Shown here: one piece after another, positions 59,472 through 64,000 of the stretch
How the letters are laid out: the number at the start of each line of letters is the position of its first letter
How positions within the stretch are numbered: position 1 is the stretch's first letter
NCBI GenBank assembly: GCA_039588295.1
Contig: JBDHAB010000019.1
Span: 32,001 to 96,000, forward strand
From: Gemmatimonadota bacterium
GTDB taxonomy: Bacteria > Gemmatimonadota > Gemmatimonadetes > Gemmatimonadales > GWC2-71-9
DNA length: 64,000 nt
Reading direction: 5' to 3'
Notes under the pieces: generated by a model
What the model was told of the DNA's origin: nothing
The model's input: only the letters and a program-made list of their open reading frames with translations
The model's database searches: none
Made by a program: the position numbers and the translations under genes

Positions 59472-61090
59472 TGGCCATCAAGGGCAGTCTGAAGGAAGCC
59501 TCGCTCGCCGACGTGCTCCAGCTGCTCTCGCTGGGCCAGAAGACCGGATGTCTCACAGTCACGGATCGCACCAACCTGGGCTACATCTACTTTGAGAAGG
59601 GGAGGATCATCTATGCGTCGATCGTGAATCGGCGCGATCGCCTCGGCGATATCCTGCTCAAGGGTGGGCGGATCACCGGCGAACAGCTCGAGTCCGGTAT
59701 CGAACGGCAGTCCCAGCAGCGAGACCTGCGACTGGGGGAGATCCTCGTGACGCAGGGCTCGATCTCGCGTGACGATCTTGAGCACTACATGCGCGTGCAG
59801 ATCGAGGAAGCCGTGTATTTCCTCTTCACGTGGACGCGAGGGAACTTCACCTTCGAGGCCGACCTGCAGCCGGAAGAGCAGGACTTTGTGGTGAACATCA
59901 ACCCCGAGACCCTGCTGCTGGAAGGGGCGCGTCGCGTCGATGAATGGGGCCTGATTCGGAAGAAGATCCCGTCCATGGACTACATCTTCACCGTGGAGCA
60001 AGGCCGAATCGACGGCTCCGACGTCCAGCTCACTCGGGAACAGGAACGGATCGTTCCGCTTCTGGACGGATCCAGAGACGTGACGACGCTGGTTGATGAC
60101 TCCGGTCTCGTCGAATTCGAGGTCGGCAAGGCGTTGTATGGCTTGATCACCGCAGGATTTGCGCACCGTACGGGTCGCAGCGAGACTCCGCGCCCCGTCG
60201 TGGCCGGAGACGCTCGAGCCAACGAACACAACAATCTGGGCATCGCCTTCTACAAGACGGACATGCTGGATGAGGCGACTCGGGAGTTTCAGAAGGTCGT
60301 GGAACTGCGGCCAGCTGACGGGGATGCCTACTTCTACCTGGGCCTGATCGCCCTGAAGCAATCGCACTGGGAGGCAGCGGCCGCCTACTTCAATCAGGCG
60401 GTCGACAACGCCGGTCCGCGGGCGGCCGTGCTGGCCAATATGGCGTTCAGCTATGAAAAGGCAGGTCGCTTCGAGGAGGCAGACGACATCTATGCAGAGG
60501 CAGCGGCCCTCGCACCCAACGACCCGCGCATCCTCACGGGCTGGGGTATCGGCGCGCTCCACCGGGGTGATTTCGCGGTGGCGGCCGGCCGGTTGGACCG
60601 AGCACGCGAAGTCTCAGAGGATCGGGCGCTCGCTCCCCTGTGGTACTGGGCGCGGTCCCTGACCGCGGCGACGCTCGACCAGCTGGATGAAGCGGTGCGC
60701 CTGCTGCGCCAGGGGCTCGAGGCGTTTCCCGACAATGTCGTGCTCCTGAACAATTTGGCCGTCGCGCTGGAATTGACGGGGGACGTGGATGAGGCGGGCG
60801 AGGCATTGCGGGCGTCATTGGCGGAAGAGCAGTCGGTCCCGCAGGTGTCTAAGAACCTCGGAGACCTGCTCTACCGCGCCGCACGGTATGACGATGCGTG
60901 GGAGGCCTATCAACGAGCGGTGCGGCTGCAACCGACGTTAGGTGACGACATCTACTTCAAGCTCGGCAACATCGCGTATAAGCGCCAGGATCGGGAACTC
61001 GCCACCGAGTACTGGAATCGCGCGTTGGAGCTGAACCCCGATCACGAACTGGCGCGGACCAATCTCGAGACGGTGAGCGCCCTGTCATGA
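59471..61090 (+). CDS. DUF4388 / tandem MshEN motif / TPR protein
   Basis: MAIKGSLKEASLADVLQLL...KTG.L, RLGDIL..RLGEIL, LLLEGARRVDEW, C-terminal TPRs. Confidence 0.88.
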   Translation: MAIKGSLKEASLADVLQLLSLGQKTGCLTVTDRTNLGYIYFEKGRIIYASIVNRRDRLGDILLKGGRITGEQLESGIERQSQQRDLRLGEILVTQGSISRDDLEHYMRVQIEEAVYFLFTWTRGNFTFEADLQPEEQDFVVNINPETLLLEGARRVDEWGLIRKKIPSMDYIFTVEQGRIDGSDVQLTREQERIVPLLDGSRDVTTLVDDSGLVEFEVGKALYGLITAGFAHRTGRSETPRPVVAGDARANEHNNLGIAFYKTDMLDEATREFQKVVELRPADGDAYFYLGLIALKQSHWEAAAAYFNQAVDNAGPRAAVLANMAFSYEKAGRFEEADDIYAEAAALAPNDPRILTGWGIGALHRGDFAVAAGRLDRAREVSEDRALAPLWYWARSLTAATLDQLDEAVRLLRQGLEAFPDNVVLLNNLAVALELTGDVDEAGEALRASLAEEQSVPQVSKNLGDLLYRAARYDDAWEAYQRAVRLQPTLGDDIYFKLGNIAYKRQDRELATEYWNRALELNPDHELARTNLETVSALS

Positions 61091-61124
61091 CGCGGACGCG
61101 GCATGCGGGCCGCGGAGTGTGCTG

Positions 61125-61997
61125 GTGACGGAATCCTTTACGGAATCCTTTCTCGACCTGGTTCGAGAGCGTTATGCCCGCGTGTTGGAGCGCCTCGAAA
61201 CTGTGCGCACGCCCCAAGAGCGCGATCAGGTGAAGCGCGACATCATCGCGCTGTTCAAGACCGTCGATCAGTCCATCACCGATTTGTCGAAGCTGAAGGA
61301 AGACATCCGCGTTCTGGTGGATCGCTACAAGGAGCTGTCGCAGGACGAGCAAGAGGGCCAGGCGCCGCAATTCAGCGGGAGCGCTCCGGTGCTCCACGCC
61401 GATCACATTGGGGCCTCGACCTTCATCGAGAAGGGGTGGAGCCTCATCTCACTGGGTGATTACCCCGGCGCGATCCACGCGTTGGGAAAGGCACTTTCGT
61501 TGGCACCAGGGGACTTACAGGCTGAATCGATGCTGGGCTGGGCGCAGATGCTCAATGAGGAGTATGACTCGGCGCTGGGCACTTTCCAGGAAGTGCTCAC
61601 CAAACAGCCGACGAACTCCCTCGCGCAGATCAACGTCGGATACATCTGTCTCAAGAAACGCCTGTTTGCAGAGGCCATCGAGCACCTGTCGAAGGCAATC
61701 CGGTTGGACAATGACAAGAAGGCCACGCTCTACGCGCACTACTATCTCGGACTCGTCTATTTCGCGCGTGAGATGTTTGCGGAAGCGCAGAGCTTCTTCG
61801 AGAAGACGCTGAAGATTGGACCGAACCTGATCGAAGCGTACTATGAACTGGGTCGTACTCAGTGGTTCGCGGGCGATCGAGAGGCGGCGAAGCATACCTG
61901 GGAACGGGGCTATCAGGCCAACAAGTTCAACCCGTGGGGCAAACGCTGCATGCAGACGCTCGATCTGGTCGCTCGAGGCCAGGAGCCCCCACGCTAG
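61125..61997 (+). CDS. Coiled-coil plus TPR protein
   Basis: N-terminal heptads followed by about five TPRs; start GTG 61119 or 61125. Confidence 0.85.
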   Translation: MTESFTESFLDLVRERYARVLERLETVRTPQERDQVKRDIIALFKTVDQSITDLSKLKEDIRVLVDRYKELSQDEQEGQAPQFSGSAPVLHADHIGASTFIEKGWSLISLGDYPGAIHALGKALSLAPGDLQAESMLGWAQMLNEEYDSALGTFQEVLTKQPTNSLAQINVGYICLKKRLFAEAIEHLSKAIRLDNDKKATLYAHYYLGLVYFAREMFAEAQSFFEKTLKIGPNLIEAYYELGRTQWFAGDREAAKHTWERGYQANKFNPWGKRCMQTLDLVARGQEPPR

Positions 61998-62857
61998 TTC
62001 CACTCCTGCTCTTGTTGGCTCAGACCGGCGAGCCCAGCGTGGTGCAGGTGGGGCGTGTCAACGTCATCTATTGGGCGGGATCGGGGGCCACCGCCGTCGC
62101 CCTCGGCGAGTTCGCCGATCGTGCGGGACCCTGGCCCGGCATTCCCGATCCGCCGCGGCGTCCCATACGGCTGATTCTCGCGCCCGATGCCCGGCGCTTC
62201 GATTCGCTGACGGCTGGGCGCATTCCGGAGTGGGGCCAGGCCGCGTCATTTCCGGCCTCCAATACGATCGTGCTCACGCTCTCGCGGGATCATCGTCGAG
62301 TGCTCCGCCACGAGCTGGCGCATCTGGCGCTCCACAGCGTGGTGCAACGCGTGCCGCGGTGGTTCGACGAAGGCTATGCGGCCCGTGCTGCGGGGGAATG
62401 GGATCGGTTGGAGGCCCTCCGCGTGAACTGGGCGCTGCTGCGCGGAGCCGCCCCGTCCCTGGCGGCCCTGGATCGGTATATCCGCTCGGGCACGGCGGCG
62501 GAGGCTGAGGCGTCCTACGCGCTGGCGACCACTGCGGTGCTGCTGCTGGAGCGGATGGGTGGAGAGCGGCGGCTCGAACCACTGCTGGCGAGGCTGCGCG
62601 GCACGTCCGACTTCGATCTCGCACTGCGGGCCACGCACCAGATCACGCTGGGGCAGTTCGAAGAGTCGTGGCGCAAGGATCTGCGCACGCGCTATGGCTG
62701 GTTGCTGCTGGTCACGTCTCTGACCGTGTTTTGGGCGTTCGTCGCGCTCATCCTCACGGCACTCTGGGCCCGCCGACGCCAACGCGACCCCGAGCGCCGC
62801 CGGGCGCTCGACGAGGGGTGGGTTGTCCCGGAAGATCAATGGAACCCGGATGCTTGA
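61862..62857 (+). CDS. Peptidase MA-like (HExxH) membrane-anchored protein
   Basis: LRHELAH...PRWFDEGYA; C-terminal TM; true start probably later than 61862. Confidence 0.75.
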   Translation: MVRGRSRGGEAYLGTGLSGQQVQPVGQTLHADARSGRSRPGAPTLVPLLLLLAQTGEPSVVQVGRVNVIYWAGSGATAVALGEFADRAGPWPGIPDPPRRPIRLILAPDARRFDSLTAGRIPEWGQAASFPASNTIVLTLSRDHRRVLRHELAHLALHSVVQRVPRWFDEGYAARAAGEWDRLEALRVNWALLRGAAPSLAALDRYIRSGTAAEAEASYALATTAVLLLERMGGERRLEPLLARLRGTSDFDLALRATHQITLGQFEESWRKDLRTRYGWLLLVTSLTVFWAFVALILTALWARRRQRDPERRRALDEGWVVPEDQWNPDA

Positions 62858-62882
62858 CGCTCCCGGAACCTAGGATTAGCCT
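62854..62882 (+). promoter_or_regulatory. Sigma-70-type promoter TTGACG-N17-TAGCCT
   Basis: Near-consensus -35, 17-bp spacer; predicted +1 close to ATG 62891. Confidence 0.5.
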
Positions 62883-62890
62883 GAGTGTCT

Positions 62891-63076
62891 ATGAAGAATA
62901 GGACCGAGTCACCAGCGCGTCTTCGGTTTCGGCGCCGCAACATGGTGCTGCTGGGAGCGGCCATCGGGGCGCTCGCAGTAGGGTATGTGCTGCTTGCGCG
63001 GGGTTCGACGGTGGCAGCCCCTGTGCTCTTGGTCCTGGGCTACTGTGTGTTGTTCCCATTGGGACTGGCGCTGTGA
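62891..63076 (+). CDS. Small two-TM protein (DUF3098-like)
   Basis: F...N..LL...GY.LL..GS...AP.LLVLGY pattern. Confidence 0.7.
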   Translation: MKNRTESPARLRFRRRNMVLLGAAIGALAVGYVLLARGSTVAAPVLLVLGYCVLFPLGLAL

Positions 63077-63089
63077 GCGGCGGTCTCGC

Positions 63090-63163
63090 GGGCGAATAGC
63101 TCAGGGGTTCAGAGCGCCTGCCTTACAAGCAGGAAGTCGGGGGTTCAAATCCCTCTTCGCCCA
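63090..63163 (+). tRNA. tRNA-Val (anticodon TAC)
   Basis: Acceptor stem GGGCGAA/TTCGCCC, D arm TAGCTCAG, anticodon arm CCTGC-CTTACAA-GCAGG, T loop GGTTCAAATCC; CCA not encoded. Confidence 0.97.
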
Positions 63164-63209
63164 TGTTGAGGGCAATCATGAACCGGTACAGATCCGGAGG
63201 GCAGTAGTC

Positions 63210-64000
63210 TTGCGGACACGCTTACAGATTCGACTTGTTGTAGCATTGCTTGGTGCTGTGCTGGCGGTGTCCTTCACGACCACCGGCGCGCAGGCCCAGC
63301 TTGCCGTTCGGCAGTCCAACTTGAAGATCCTCTTCCTGATTCCGCACGCGGCTGAAACTGCCGATTCCGCGTTTGCCGTCCAACTGGCCAACGAAGTGCG
63401 AACGCGGCTGCGCAACAAGATGCGGCATAAGCTCCTGATCATTCAGAGCGACGTGATCTGCCAGGTGCTCGAGGAATCGGCCTACAGCTGTGACGCCGTG
63501 CTCGGTCCGGCGGACGCCGACCGGTTGGCGCGCGCGCTGGTGTCGGACGCCTACATCACCGGCAGTCTGTGGCGTGACGGCGACGCTCCGGTTGCGCGGT
63601 TCCACATCATCAACGTCAGCCGGTCCGGGCTGTCTGGCTGGACCACCGTCACCGGTTTGACTGAAGATCAGCCGCGGGACTTCGCGGAAACCATCGTCGA
63701 CAGCCTGGACAATCAGGTGCGAGCGGCGGAGCACGCCCGTGAGTGCTCCGATCGCATTGGCCGCGGTGACTTCTCGGGGGCGAGAAACCGGGCGGAGCGC
63801 GCGTTCCGCCTGTATCCGAACCACCCGTCGGCCGCGATGTGTGCCGAAGTGGTCGCGGAAGCGATGCGTCAGCCGCCCGACAGCCAGATTGCCATGCTCG
63901 AGCGGGCCGTGGCCGGCGATTCGCTGCTGGTGCGCGGGTGGGAGCGACTGGGGCGGCTGTATCAACAACGTGGCGACACGCTGAGTGCGCTCCAGGCGTT
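63210..64000 (+). CDS. Secreted TPR-containing protein (3'-truncated)
   Basis: GGAGGG RBS, TTG start, signal peptide (AQA-Q), frame open to the window end, TPR-like helices; absent from the ORF track because it has no stop. Confidence 0.75.
   Translation, partial: MRTRLQIRLVVALLGAVLAVSFTTTGAQAQLAVRQSNLKILFLIPHAAETADSAFAVQLANEVRTRLRNKMRHKLLIIQSDVICQVLEESAYSCDAVLGPADADRLARALVSDAYITGSLWRDGDAPVARFHIINVSRSGLSGWTTVTGLTEDQPRDFAETIVDSLDNQVRAAEHARECSDRIGRGDFSGARNRAERAFRLYPNHPSAAMCAEVVAEAMRQPPDSQIAMLERAVAGDSLLVRGWERLGRLYQQRGDTLSALQA

Noticed and set aside
61128..61151. 12-bp direct repeat ACGGAATCCTTT x2
   Set aside because: It is an in-frame duplication (TESF-TESF) at a gene start with no evidence of a regulatory role.
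63090..63163. tRNA-Val as an island integration site
   Set aside because: No integrase and no duplicated tRNA 3' end seen in the window.

Overview
High-GC (roughly 65-70% by eye) bacterial chromosomal segment. Gene content and style suggest Gemmatimonadota (inference, no search run). The window has four parts. (1) 1-7.1 kb is the 3' end of a type VI secretion locus (tssG, clpV/tssH, vgrG, DUF6931-like, PAAR) followed by a lower-GC HExxH gene that is a candidate effector. (2) 7.1-36 kb is a mixed accessory and metabolic region. It holds two copies of an apparently unannotated sigma-54-driven structured RNA or leader (about 7.9-8.1 kb and 12.0-12.2 kb) and a translationally coupled gatE-gatD pair; GatDE is classically considered archaea-specific. 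It also encodes peptidases, lipoproteins, a VKOR-DsbA fusion, a PAS-PAS-PAS-receiver protein and a class I fumarase. (3) 36-51 kb is a housekeeping run: tilS, ftsH, folP, cdaA, DUF2723, yggS, divIVA, PNP, ileS (type 2, with a non-canonical GVHH motif), dksA-like, lspA and rluD. (4) 51-63 kb is a tightly coupled operon with an MglA small GTPase, three Roadblock/MglB-like domains, two DUF4388/MshEN-motif/TPR proteins, further TPR proteins and a protein made of two intact DnaA-type AAA+ domains with no DNA-binding domain. tRNA-Val(TAC) follows. No CRISPR array, integrase or transposase was seen. All family assignments come from motif recognition by eye, not database searches.
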